From contig NC_086110.1 of assembly GCF_963921235.1 (NCBI RefSeq), positions 496,001 to 560,000 of the forward strand: a stretch of DNA of 64,000 bases, given 5' to 3'. The stretch is from Mobula hypostoma. Taxonomy: Eukaryota. The notes below the pieces were generated by a model, which searched no databases, was not told where the DNA came from, and was given only the letters and a program-made list of their open reading frames with translations. Shown piece after piece: positions 13,621-26,559 of this stretch. The position numbers and the translations under genes were made by a program. Position 1 is the first letter of the stretch. Every line of letters begins with the position of its first letter.

Positions 13621-14412
13621 GGACTTGGCCACGGACTGAATTTGAAGTAGTTCATGTAATGGTCTCGATTTTTTCCTGAAGACAACAAGTCAAGGTGCAG
13701 AAATCTGTGTATGTAAAGCAAAGTAATATCGTGAGACTAACGAAGACTAATTGCAATGAATTGGCATAATTGCAGTTAGTTCGACGCAGTCGGTTTTAAC
13801 GCGAGAAGTATCAGTACAAAAGTGATGAAACTCGAGCATGAAACTACAATATTGTGTCCATTAGTGAGTTAAGGTTGTCACAATGGCAGGGATTCTGCTG
13901 GATGTCTCGGGGTCTTGATGTTTGAGTGGGCGGTAAAAGAGATGGAGGAGATACATAACCAGTTAGGTATTTTATCTAAAAAAGTGTTCGTAAACTGAAT
14001 CGGAGTGGGTGAAAGTCCTTACCCGGAAAGGTGCCATCACTTTTTTTAGGAGTACGCAAAAGATATCGCCACTACCATCAATAGCAACAAAGGCACCGAG
14101 GTGTAGATGAGAGGCAGATTTTGGAAAGATGGAAAATTAACAGGGTTGTTGTCATGGGTTAGTTCAAATTTCATCCTATTGACTGGCATCTACACAGTGC
14201 AACGGATTATATGGGATAGAATATCTACGTATGTTGAGGAAACTAGTACATACATAGGCCAACTAGAGAATACGCCATATTGGAACTGGTACGAGGCAAT
14301 TAACCCGGTCAGATGTCAGATCTCTTGGTGGGTGATCATTTCGGGGTTAGCTATAACTCCCCAACCTTTACATAGTCTTAAAGAGCAGTATGAATAGACG
14401 GTGTAAGACAGT

Positions 14413-16060
14413 ATTTAGAAACATAGAAGCATAGAAAACCCACAGCACCATACAGGCCGTTTGGCCCACAAACCTGAGCCGAAGATGTCCTTACCTCAGA
14501 GATTACCTAGGGTTATCCATAGCCCTTTATTTTTCTAAGCTCCATGTACATATCCAGGAGTTTCTTAAAAGACCCTATCGTATCCTCCTCCACCACCGTC
14601 ACCGGCATCCCTTTCCATGCACTCACCACTCTCTGCGAAAAAAAAACTTAACCCTGACATCTTCCCTGTTCCTACTTCCAAGCACCTTAAAGCTGTGCCC
14701 TCTCATGCTAGCCATTTCAGCCAGAGGAAAAGGCCTCTGACTATGCACATGAAGAATGCCACTCATCATATAATACACCTCTATCAGGTCACCTCTCATC
14801 CTCCGTCACTCCAAGGAGAAAAGACAGAGTTCACTCAACCTACTCTCATCAGGCATGCTCCCCAATGCAGGAAACATCCTTGTAAATCTCCTCAGCACCA
14901 TTTCTACGGCTTCCACATCCTTCTTGTAGTGAGACGACCAGAATTTAGCACAGTACTCCAAGGGGTCTGAACAGGGTCCTTTATAGCTGCAACATAACCT
15001 CTCGGCTCCTAAACTGAAACCCACGATTGATGAAGGCCAATGCACCGTATGCTTTATTAACCATAGAGTCAGCATGCGCAAAAGCTTTGAGTATCCTATG
15101 GATTCAGACAAAAAGATCCCTCTGATCCTCCACACTTCAAGAAGGCTTGCCATTAATAATATATTCTGTCATCATATCTGACCTACCAGAATGAACCACC
15201 TCAGACTTATCTGGGTTGAACTCCATCTGCCTTTTCTCAGCCCAGCTTTGCATCCTATCAATGTCCTGCTGTAAACTCTGACAGCCCTTCATACAATCCT
15301 CAACATCCCCAACCTTTGGGTCATCGACAAATTTGCTAATTCAACCCTCCACTTCCTCATCCAGGTCATTTATAAAAATCACGAAGAGTAAGGGTCCCAG
15401 AACAGATCCCTGAGGCACACCACTGGTGAACGACCTCCATGCAGAATCTGACCCGTCTACAACCACTCTTTGCCTTCTGTGGGCAAGCCAGTTCTGGATC
15501 CACAAATCAATGTCCCCTTGGATCCCATACCTCCTTACTTTCTCAATAAGCCTTGCATGCGGTACCTTATCAAATGTCTTGCTGAAATCCATATACACTA
15601 CATCCACTGCTCTACATTCATCAATGTGCTCAGTCACATCCTTAAAAGATCAATCAGGCTCGTAAGGCATGATCTGGCTATGACAAAGCTATGCTAATTA
15701 TACCTAATCATGTATTGCTCTCCAAATGTTCATAAGTCCTGCCTTTCAGGATATTCTCCATCAACTTGTCAACCACTGATGTAGGACTCACTGGTCTATA
15801 ATTTCCTGGGTTATCTCTACTCCTTTTCTTGAAAAAGGGAACAACATCCGCAACCCTCCAATCCTCCGGAACTTCTCCCATCCCCATTGATGATGCAAAG
15901 ATTATCGCCAGAGGCTCAGAAATCTCCTACCTCGCCTCCTATAGTAGACCGGGGTATATCTCGACCGGTCCCGATGACCTATCCAACTTGATGCTTGCCA
16001 AAAGCTCCAGCACATCCTGTTCCTTAATATCTACATGTTCAAGCTTTTCAGTCCACTGTA
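14413..16060 (-). mobile_element. CR1 LINE 3' portion
   Basis: RT fragments ([25 protein letters not shown]) and catagaa tail at 14413-14440. Confidence 0.85.
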
Positions 16061-16698
16061 CGCAGAACCATAGAACCATTGAACGTTACAGCAGAGAAGC
16101 AGGCCTCTTGGCTCTTCTTGGCTGTGCTGAACCATTTTTCTGCCTAGTGTCACTGACCTGCTCCTGGACCATATCCCTCCTTACACCTCTTATCCATGTA
16201 CCTGTCCAAATTTTTCTTAAATGTTAAATGTGAGCCCGCAATTCCCACTTCATCTGGCAGCTCATTCCACACTCCCACCACTCTCTGTGTGAAGAAGACC
16301 CCTAATATTCCCCATTAAACGTTTCCCCTTCACCTTTAACCTATTTCCTTTGTTTTTTTTCTCCCCTAACCGCAGTGGAAAAAACCTGCTTTTATTCACT
16401 ATATCTATACACATCAAAATTTTATATACCTCTATCAAATCTCCCCTCATTCTTCAAAGCTTCAGGGAATAAAGTCCTAAGCTATTCAACCGTTCTCTGT
16501 AACTCAGTTTCTCAAGCCCCGGCAACATCGTTGTAAACATTCTCTACACTCTTTCAAACTTATTAATATCCTTCCTGTAATTTGGTGACCAAAACTGCAC
16601 GGAATACTCGAGATTCGACCTCACCAATGCCTTATACAACCTCATCATAACATTTCAACTCTTATACTCAATACTTTGATTTATAAAGGCCAATGTAC

Positions 16699-16765
16699 TG
16701 TGACGGAGTTCTGAATTACCCCTATAAACTGTGCTCGATTACCCCTACAAACTGTGTTTTTGAAA

Positions 16766-16800
<35 letters not shown>

Positions 16801-17640
16801 CGAAGAATAACTTTTGGACTGTCACGTTAGGGCACTGAGCTGGAGCCAAGCAGCTCCTAAGTTGCTATGGTGATCGAGGGTGGCGTTATTTGATGGACAA
16901 TCGACGTTATGGTTTTTCAGCAGTGTGTTGATACTTCCAAGGACATTTGCCTGCTGGTACATTTCTTACACAGACAAAGGAAGGAGGAGTTATTTGGCTG
17001 ACAGTTAGTACCCAGTACGGTGAGATAAATAGAAGGTCAGATAATATAGACCCCAGACACATGTTTCGGACACCGAATGAGCTTTGTTGTGCCCGCAGAA
17101 AAAGTGGGTTTTTGAAGGAACGATCAGGCAGATGGATCAGTGGCTATTGCAGTGAAAAGAAAAGGCAGTGACCAGTGGGGAGTTGTCCATGTGCCCAACC
17201 TTTGCCTGGGTTGATAGCTCCACCACAGAAAACCGTTCCCCTTTGTTGTGGTCACAGTCGGTGAGATTTAAATGATTTCGGAGGACAACAAGAAGATCGA
17301 TGGTGTCAGCTCAACTGAAGACTCAGATCTCTCCCCCTCTCTCTCTCCATCACTACTCAACTCAATACCACGAACTGAACTGAACTTTATTCATTATCGT
17401 AAGACTGTATGTTTTGCCCCTAGACTTAAAGAAGTTTGTTTTGTCATACATATATATTTTTCCCACATTTACTGATTTACTTACATATATATATATATAA
17501 TCATTGCTAACATGTTATCTACATTTATGTTACTGTATTGCGTAGTTACTAATAAATATTAGTCGTTTATAGCAATACTGGACTCCAAAGTGTTTTCTAT
17601 TTCTGCTGGTTTCTTTATCCCCGTCACGGGGTACGTGACA
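16699..17640. mobile_element. Solo LTR (942 bp)
   Basis: TGTGAC...GTGACA termini with 4-bp TSD GTAC on both sides; CR1 sequence resumes across it; contains a (GA)n tract. Confidence 0.88.
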
Positions 17641-18811
17641 GTACCAAAAGCTCTATTTACCAACCTATCTATCTGTGACGCCACTTTTAAGGAAATTTGG
17701 AAGGAGTCCTCAGTGCCTTACCATTAACCCTGTATGTTTTACCTTGGTTTGTCCTTCCAATGTGCAATACCTCACACTTGTCAGTATTAAACTCCATCTG
17801 CCATTTTTTTCAGCCCATTTTTCCAGCTGGTCCAAATCCCACTGCAAGCTTTGAAAACCTTCCTCACTGTGCACTACACCTCCAATCTGTGTATCATCAG
17901 CAAATTTGCTGATCCAACTTACCACATTATCATCCAGATCATTGATATAGATGTCAAATAACAATGGACCCAGCACTGATCCCTGTGGCACACCACTAGT
18001 CACAGGCCTCCACTCAGAGAGCAATCCTCCACTACCACTCTCTGGCTTCTTCCATTGAGCCAATGTCTAATCCAATTTACTACCTCACTATGTATACCTA
18101 GCGACTGAATCTTCCTAACTAACCTCCCATGCGGGACCTTGAAAAAGTCCTTACTGAAGTCCATGTAGACAACATGTACTGCCTTCCCTTCACCTACTTT
18201 CCTGGTAACCTCCTTAAAAAACTCCAACAGATTTGTTAAACATGACCTACAACGCACAAAACCATGAAGACTCTCCCTAATAAGTCCCTGTCTATCGAAA
18301 TACTTGTAGATCCTATCTCTTAGTTCCCCTTCCAATAAGTTACCTATTACCAACATCAACCTTACAGGCTTTTAATTTCCCGCATTTCTTTTAGAGCTTT
18401 TTTAAAACAACGGAACAACATGCGCCATCCTCCAATCCTCCGGCACCTCACCCGTAGATAACGACATTTTAAATACATCTGTCAGAGCCCCTAAAATTTC
18501 AACACTAGTCTCCTTCAAGGTCCGAGGGAATACCCTGTCAGGTCCTGGGGATTTACCTACTCTGATTTGCCTAAAGATAGCAAGCACCTCCTCCTCTTCA
18601 ATCTGTATAGGTTCCATGACCTCACTACTTGTTTGCCTTACTTCCATTGACCCCATGCCACTTTCTTTAGTAAATATAGATGCAAAAAAAAATTAAGATC
18701 TCCCCCATTTCATTTGGTTCCATACATAGCCGACCCCACTGATCTTCAAAATGATCAATTTTATATCTTACTATCCTTTTACTGTTAATATTTGCAAATT
18801 TTATACTCCTT

Positions 18812-21800
18812 TGTTACAGGCTCAAAGGAGATCTGTTTTTTTTGTGAAAATGATGTGATGGTCTTTTGGAGGTCACCTGATGTGATTTTCCCTCCGAAGT
18901 GAGGTCACGTGATGACATGTGGGGGGGCGTGACTATATAAGGGTCGACTCAGGTAACGCAGCAGGTTTTTGAGTTTGTAGGTTTCCAGGTACAACGCGTT
19001 GTGCCTCCGTTTCTGTGTTTCATTTTTAAAACGGAAGGTGCATTCTGTTACAAGATATTGCATTTGGACTGGGAATTTGTAGCTGGAAGTGCCAAATTAC
19101 TCAATTCCGTCAGTTTTGAAGGGAGAGTGAAGAATTCATCGAAGTGAAGCATCGAGAGAAGTCGGCATCGTTTGACAGTTTAATAAAGAATCGACACTAT
19201 TGGGTCTTCGTTGGGGAAGTACCTGCATCGAGATAACTGTTGCAATAGCGCAATGAGTTCATGCAAAATGGTTCGTTCTCTCTCTCGTTCTCTCTCTCTC
19301 CTCTTCCCCACCCCCCACCTCTCTCACTAAAAGGAATTTCAGGTCAGTCGATTTAAACTGTTTATTTTCGTCATCGGGAATCCTGTGGACAGAACCGGCA
19401 GTAAAGGCGCGTCGGTGAAGAAATCGTTCTCCAGATAAGTCTCTCCCGATTGAATGTATAAAACTGTTGAACTTGAGAAGTTATTGCTTTAAGAACTGTA
19501 TCTGACTGCATCTCTTTAAGAACTGCTTTCGCATTTAACGCTTTAAGAAGCAGAGCCGAGTGGAGTTGATGAACGGCTGCGTACCTGTTTAATCTCCGGT
19601 TAAAGTTTTCCTTTGTTTTTTTTGTCTTCCTTATCGTTTATAGGTGTTTAATAAATGTTTGGCTGTCCTTGCAAAACCTGTCTCCATTAATATTCATTGT
19701 TGCCGGTTACGTAACACAATTTTGTGGGGGCTCGTGGGATATGTTCCAGTTTTGAGTTTAAGTGCTGGTAATTGCCATTTTGATTTGGTAAAAGAGAATA
19801 CCCGATTTTGGTTTGATTGCTGTGTGTGTTGTATTCGGCAACAATGGATATTGACGAGTTTTTGAAGACGTCTGACTCGGGATTTTTAGAGACTGCGAGA
19901 AAACCCGTGGTAATGGAGATTGCTAAGAAGTTGGATATTAAAGGAATTACGAGAAATTCTACCAAGGCTCTCATACAAAGGAAAATTGCTGAACATTATA
20001 TTAATTTGAAATGTTTTGAAGAGGAGGTGTTAGAGAAGTATCCAATGAGTAATCTGGAAATGCAGTTGCATCTTGAACAGTTAAAGTTTGAAAGATTTAA
20101 AGTGGAAATGAAAGAAAGAGAAGCTGAAAACCAGAGGAAATTTGAGGTAGAGATGGAGAAAATAAGGTCCGGGAATCAGTCTTCTGGTAACAGTTTATTG
20201 CTAGTCGTGAGGTTGTGTTGGCTCCTCCACTTATTGAAGCTGATGTGGATGCATATTTTCAGCATTTTGAAACAGTTGCTCTGAGTTTCAAGTGGCCGAA
20301 GGACCAATGGCCAGTGATGTTACAAAGTGTAATTAAAGGCAAGGCACAACAAGTTTATACAGCTTTCAATGCTGGGCAAGCACTGGATTATGATATTGTT
20401 AAAGAGAATATATTAAAAGCATAGGAGATGGTTCCAGAAGCGTATAGAGTAAGATTTAGAAGTTTAAAGAAATCGGTGGAAAAAAACTTATGTGGAATTT
20501 GCCTATGAGAAATCTGTGTTTTGAGAGATGAGTTTCCTCTAAAAATGTAAATGGGGTGTATAATAAATTAAAAGAGTTGATTTTGCAGGAGGAATTTAAA
20601 AAAAGCATTCCTGTTGAAGTGAGAACGTACTTAAATGAACAGGACACTGCTACATTGCAGGAGATTGTTAAATTGGCTGATGTGTATGTTTTAATGCACA
20701 AGAATAAATTTTCTCCAGGTAAAGTTTTTAAAAGGAAAACTAACACAGAGTCAAGGTAAATCAGACATTAAGTCTGAAGTTAGTGAGAAAAGTAAGGATG
20801 AAGGGAGACGTGAAGGAAAGACATTTTGGTATTATTTGTAATTATTGTAAGAAACCTGGACATGTAGCGGCTAACTGCTTCCGATTGAAACGGAGAGAGA
20901 AAGAAGTGGCCCCAGGTGCTTGTGTGCAGCATATTGGAAAACCTGTAAAACCACAGGGTTTAGAAAATATTAATGAAGATGTGTCAGTGCCTGACCAAGT
21001 TAAGAAGGGATATGAGGCTTTTATAACAGAAGGATTTGTATCCTTGAAAGAAGGATCCAATGCAGTACCGATAAGGATACTTAGAGATACTTTAGCTTCA
21101 CAATCACTAATATTAGACAGTGTGCTAAGGTTTAGTGATGAGTCTGACATTGGTGAGGTAAATTATATAAGCGGAGTAGGGAGTGCCCTTATGCCAGTAC
21201 ATTTACATAGAGTAAATTTAAGGTCAGGATTAGTTACAGGGGTTGTTAAAGTAGGACCACAATCCAGTTTGCCTGTGACTGATGTTTCTCTTTTGTTAGG
21301 GAATAATTTAGCAGGTGGACAAGTTTTTCCTGAAGTGCATTTGACGATAAATTCAAATTCTGAGGAACCACAGAGGGATCCTAACACAGATTCTTCCTGT
21401 GTTGTAACAAGAGCTATGGCTAAAAAGACTGAGGTAAAGGATGTGGTTGTTACCCATGACAGTTCAAATCAAGATTTGAATTCTGAGGATGAATCAGAAA
21501 CTTTCTTACCTACCTTATTTGATCAGGATTTTGGTGGTAAGTCTGATCAGGAAGATTTGTCTCTATCTCGGAAGGAGATGATAGCAGAGCAGGGTAGGGA
21601 TCCTGAGATAGTTAAATTAAAAGAACAAGCTCTTCCAGATAGTGAAATTGGAGAAGTACCAGATGGATATTATTTTGAAAAGGGGATATTAATGAAAAAG
21701 TGGAAATCACCTACAATTCTTGATAGTGAGGAATGGGAAGCTAATCATCAGGTTGTTGTTCCTAAAATTTACCGAAATGAGATTTTGACTATGACTCATA

Positions 21801-24583
21801 GTATTACTTTGGGTGGTCATTTAGGGGTAAAGAAAACTATGAACAAAGTTTCTAAACATTTTTATTGGCCTAGTTTAAGACAAGATATGGCAACATTTTG
21901 TAGAACATGTCATACATGTCAAATTGTTGGTAAACCTAATCAGGTTACTCCAGTGGCTCCACTGCAACCAATTCCTGTATTTGGTGAGTTGTATTATGAA
22001 AGAGAAGTTGCTACTATGACTGTTGTGATTAATAATGAGTCTGATCTTGATGACAACTTACTAGAGGATTCATCTGAAACTCATTTTAAACCCAACATTA
22101 TTTCAGCCAGGTTGCCAAATTCAAAAATTCTGGAAAACATTGATGAAAAATTAGCTCATTTACAGCCGGAACAGGAGGAACAAATGAAACAGTTAATTTT
22201 TTAATACAGAGATTTATTTCCAGGCGTCCCTAGAAGAACCACCGTAGCTACACATGATGTAGATGTGAGAGATGCAAGACCCATAAAACAACATCCATAT
22301 CGAATGAACAGGGAAATATGTGAACTTGCTGAACAAGAAATTAAGTACATGTTGGAAAATGATATTATTAGACATTCTAATTCGAATTGGAGTTCGCTGT
22401 GTGATATGGTGCCTAAACCAGGCAATACTATTAGGTTTTGTACAGATTATAGGAAGGTGACTGCTGTGACAAAGATCGATGCATATCCAATCCCTAGAGT
22501 AGATGATTGTGTGGATAAAGTTAGACAGGCCAAATTCCTTACAAAAATTGATTTGTTAAAAGGTTATTGGTGTGTTCCATTGACGGATAGAGGTAGAGAG
22601 CTTTCAGCATTTGCAACCCCATCTAGGTTACATGAATATAATGTTCTTCCATTTGGGATGAAGAATGCACTAAGTAGTTTTCAGAGGATGATTAATGGCG
22701 TGATTCAGGGATTAAAAGATACAGATGCCTATATTGATGATCTGATTGCAGGGAATAATACGTGGAAAGCACATATTGCGGCGGTGGAGATATTATTTGA
22801 GAGACTTTCAAAAGCTAACTTAACTTATTAACTTATCCAAAAGTGAATTTGGTCATTCCACAGTGATTTACCTTGGTTATGTTGTGGGTCAAGGGATATT
22901 AGCATCTGTTCAGGCAATTTTGGAAGTACCAACTCCCACTGGTAGAAAAAACCCTCGGAAGATTCTTGGGTATGGTGGGATATTACAGAAAATTTTGTAA
23001 GGATTTTGCAAATATTGCTCTTCCATTAACTAATCTCTTGAAGAAGAATGAGAAGTTTGTTTGGACAGAGTCTTGTCAGGTGGCATTTGATAAATTGAAG
23101 CTATAATATGTAGTCAACCTGTACTTAAATCTCCTGACTTTGAAAAAAACATTTTCGTTAGCTGTAGATGCTAGTGATGAAGCTGCAGGAGCAGTGTTGC
23201 TTCAGAAAGATGATAGTGATGAAGTTGATCGTCCGGTAGCTTATTTTTCTAAGAAATTTAATGCTCATCAAAAAAATTATTCAACAATAGAAAAAGAATT
23301 GTTATCTCTTGTTTTAGCTTTGCAACATTTTGAAGTGTTTGTTGGTTCTACGCAAAAACCGCTCACAGTTTATACCGATCACAATCCATTAGTGTTTGTA
23401 AGTAAGATGAAAAACAAAAATATAAGATTATTAAATTGGAGTCTAATGTTACAGGAGTACAATATTTTGATCACTCACAGCAAGGATAAAGATAATGTGA
23501 TCGCTGACTGTTTGTCTAGATGTTAAATGTACAATGAAAAAAAAATTTGGAGTGATATTTTATCATTTGTAACACTCCTATTGTACATTAGTTTGTAAGG
23601 GGCAGAAAGATAAGATCGTATATATTGTGTATTTTGTACATTTTATACCTTTGTGTTTTTTCTGTATATATTGTTAAATTTTTGTTCTTCAAGAGACCAA
23701 TTTATTTTTGGAGGGAGGTGTTACATACTCAATGAGATCTGTTTATTTTGTGAAAATGATGTAATGGTTTTTTGGAGGTCACCCGATGTGATTTTCCCGC
23801 CGATGAGAGGTCACGTGATGACGTTTGCACCCGTGACTATATAAGAGTCGACTCAGGTGACGCAGTGATTTTTGAGTTTGTAGATTTCCAGGTAGAACGT
23901 GTTGTGCCTCCGTTTCTGTTCCGCGTTTGTTCTTGTGACGCAGTTTCATTTTTAAAACGGAAGGTGCGTTCTCTTGCAAGATATTGTATTTGGACTGGGA
24001 ATTTGTGGCTGGAAGTGCCAATTTACTCAATTCCGTCAGTTTTGAAGGGAGAGTGAAGAATTCATCGAAGTGAAGGATCGAGAGAAGTCGGCAGCGTTTG
24101 GCTGTTTAATAAAGAAGCGACCTTATTGAGTCTTCGTTGGGGAAGTACCTGCCTCGAAATAACTGTTGCAATAGCGCAATCAGTTCATGCAAAAAGGTTC
24201 GTTCTCTCTCTCTATCTCTCTCTCTATCTCTATCTCTATCTCTATCTCTATCTCTCTGTTTAAACTGTTTATTTTAGGTATCGGGAATCCTGTGGACAGA
24301 ACCGGCAGTAAAGGTGCGTCGGTGACTAATGGTTCTCCAGAGAAGTCTCTCCCAATTGAATGTGTAAAACTGTTGGACTTACGAAGTTATTGCTTTAAGA
24401 ACTGTATCTGACTATCGCTTTAAGAACCAGAGCCGATTGGCGTTGATGAACGGCTGCATTCCCGCTTAACCTCCGGTTATAGTTTTCCTTTGTTTTTTTC
24501 CTTATCGTTTATACGTGTTTAATAAATGTTTGTTTTTACAAAACCTGTCTCGATTAATATTCATTGTTGCCGGTTACGTAACA
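18812..24583 (+). mobile_element. Gmr1-clade Ty3/Gypsy LTR retrotransposon, defective
   Basis: LTRs 18812-19716 and 23719-24583 (TGTTAC...GTAACA), TSD CCTT, tRNA-Pro-like PBS tgggggctcgt at 19725, PPT ggagggagg; gag, CCHC knuckle, protease, integrase H2C2, then RT (YIDD) and RNase H. Confidence 0.93.
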
Positions 24584-26559
24584 CCTTAAGCACCTTATTG
24601 GCGCTCTGTTTCCAATACATGTCATACATCTCTCTCTCCTTCTTTATCAGAATTTCAATATTCCTTGAGAACAAAGGTTCCTTATTCTTATTCCCTTTGC
24701 CTTTAATCCTGACAGAAACATACAAACCCTGCACTCTGAAAATTTCTCCTTTGAAGGCTTCCCACCTACCAATCACATCTTTGTCAGAGAACAGCCTGTC
24801 TCAATCCACGCTTTTTAGATCCTTTCTCAATCCTTAAAATGTGGCCTTTTTCCAGTTTTGAACCTCAAACTGAGGACCAGATCTATCTTTATCCACGATC
24901 AAGTTGAAACTAATGGTGTTATGATCACTGGAACCAAAGTGTTCCCCTGCACACCCGTCCGTCACCTGTCTTAGCTCCTTTCCTAATAGGAGATCTAATA
25001 TTGCCTCCTCTCTAGTTGGTACCTCTATAAATTGATTTAGAAAACTTTCCCGAACTATTTTTACCAATTCTAACCAGTCTAGACCTTTAACAGTATGGGA
25101 GCCCCAATCAATATGTGGAAAATTAAAATCCCTTGCTATGACAACCCTGGAATATTAAGCTGCCAGCCCTGCCCCTCCTGCAGCCAAGTTTCACTAATAG
25201 CTAGAATGTCGTAATTCCACCTGTCAATCCACGCCGTCAGTTCGTCAGCCTTCCCCACAATACCCCTTGCATTGAAATAGACACACCTCATATTATTACC
25301 CCCACACACAACCCTTCTATTTGTGAGTTTGCATGAACTTTTGACATCATTAATTTTCACCCCCGGTCCGCTATCAGCTCTGGCACTCGGGTTCCCATTC
25401 CCCTGGAAATCTAGTTTAAACCCTCCCCAACAGCGCTAACAAACCTCCCTGCAAGGGTATTGGTCTCCTTGTAGTTCAGGTGCAACCCGTCTCTGTTGTG
25501 CAGGTCCCACCTGCCCCAGAAGAGTTCCCAATAATCTTGAAATAAGAATCCCTGCCCCCTACAGCCGCTCCTCAGCCACGCACTCATCCGCCAGAGCATT
25601 CTATTCTTACGCTCACTGGCACGGGGCACAAGTAGCAATCCTGCGATTGCAACCCTCGACGTCCTGCTTTTTAACTTCCTACCAAGCTCTCTATACTCAG
25701 TCTTCAGGACCTCTTCACTCTTTCCTCCTACGCCATTGTCACCGATGTGCGCCATGAAATCTGGCTGATCATCCTCCCACTTCAGAATGCTGTGCACGCG
25801 ATCAGAAACATCCTTGACCCTGGCACCGGGGAGGCAACAAACCATCCGGGAGTCTCTGTCATGACCACAGAACCTCCTGTCTGTACCTCTAACTATCGAA
25901 TATCCTATCACTACCGCTCTCCTCTTCTTCCACCCTCCTTTCTGCACTGCAGAACCAGACTCAGTGCCAAAGATCCGAGTGCCGCAGCTTGTCCCAGGTA
26001 TGTCATTCCTGCCGCAACAGTATCCAAATCGGGATACTTGTTGTTGAGGGGAATGGCCACAAGAGAACCCTGCTCCGTCTGCCCTTTCCCCTTCCATCGC
26101 CTGACAGTTACCCAATTACATGTGCGCTGCTCCTTTGGCGTAACTACCTCCCTGAAGCTACTATCCATATACACCTCATCCTTCCGAATGATCCGGAGGT
26201 CATCCAGCTCCTGCTCCAGTTCCCCCACGCGGTTTGTTAGGAGTTGCAGCTGGATGCACTTCTTGCAAGTGTCGTTGTCAGGGAGACCAGAGGTCTCCCT
26301 GACTTCCCACATCCTGCAAGGGGAGCGTTTCAACACCTTGCCTCGCATTCTCTCTACTCTAAACAAACAAAACTTACCGGAACCTACCCTCGCCTGTGCC
26401 TGTTCACGCTGTAGCCTGTTGAGACAAAGCTGTCCCACTCTGCTCCATCTCACTCCACTGCCAGCTGTATATGGTGGTGATTTTTTAAACCATTGGCGCT
26501 CTACGTCACGCACCTGCGCAATCTAGCCTTTTTACCCCGAGCAGTGAAAAAAGATGACT

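Larger units (their letters stand above)
16063..26520 (-). mobile_element. CR1 LINE sequence (ORF1 at 25411-26513) carrying two nested LTR insertions
   Basis: RT/EN fragments flank both LTR inserts and continue across them; ORF1 shows CxxC..CxxC zinc motif, coiled coil and SGNH-like domain. May be a composite of more than one copy. Confidence 0.75.
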
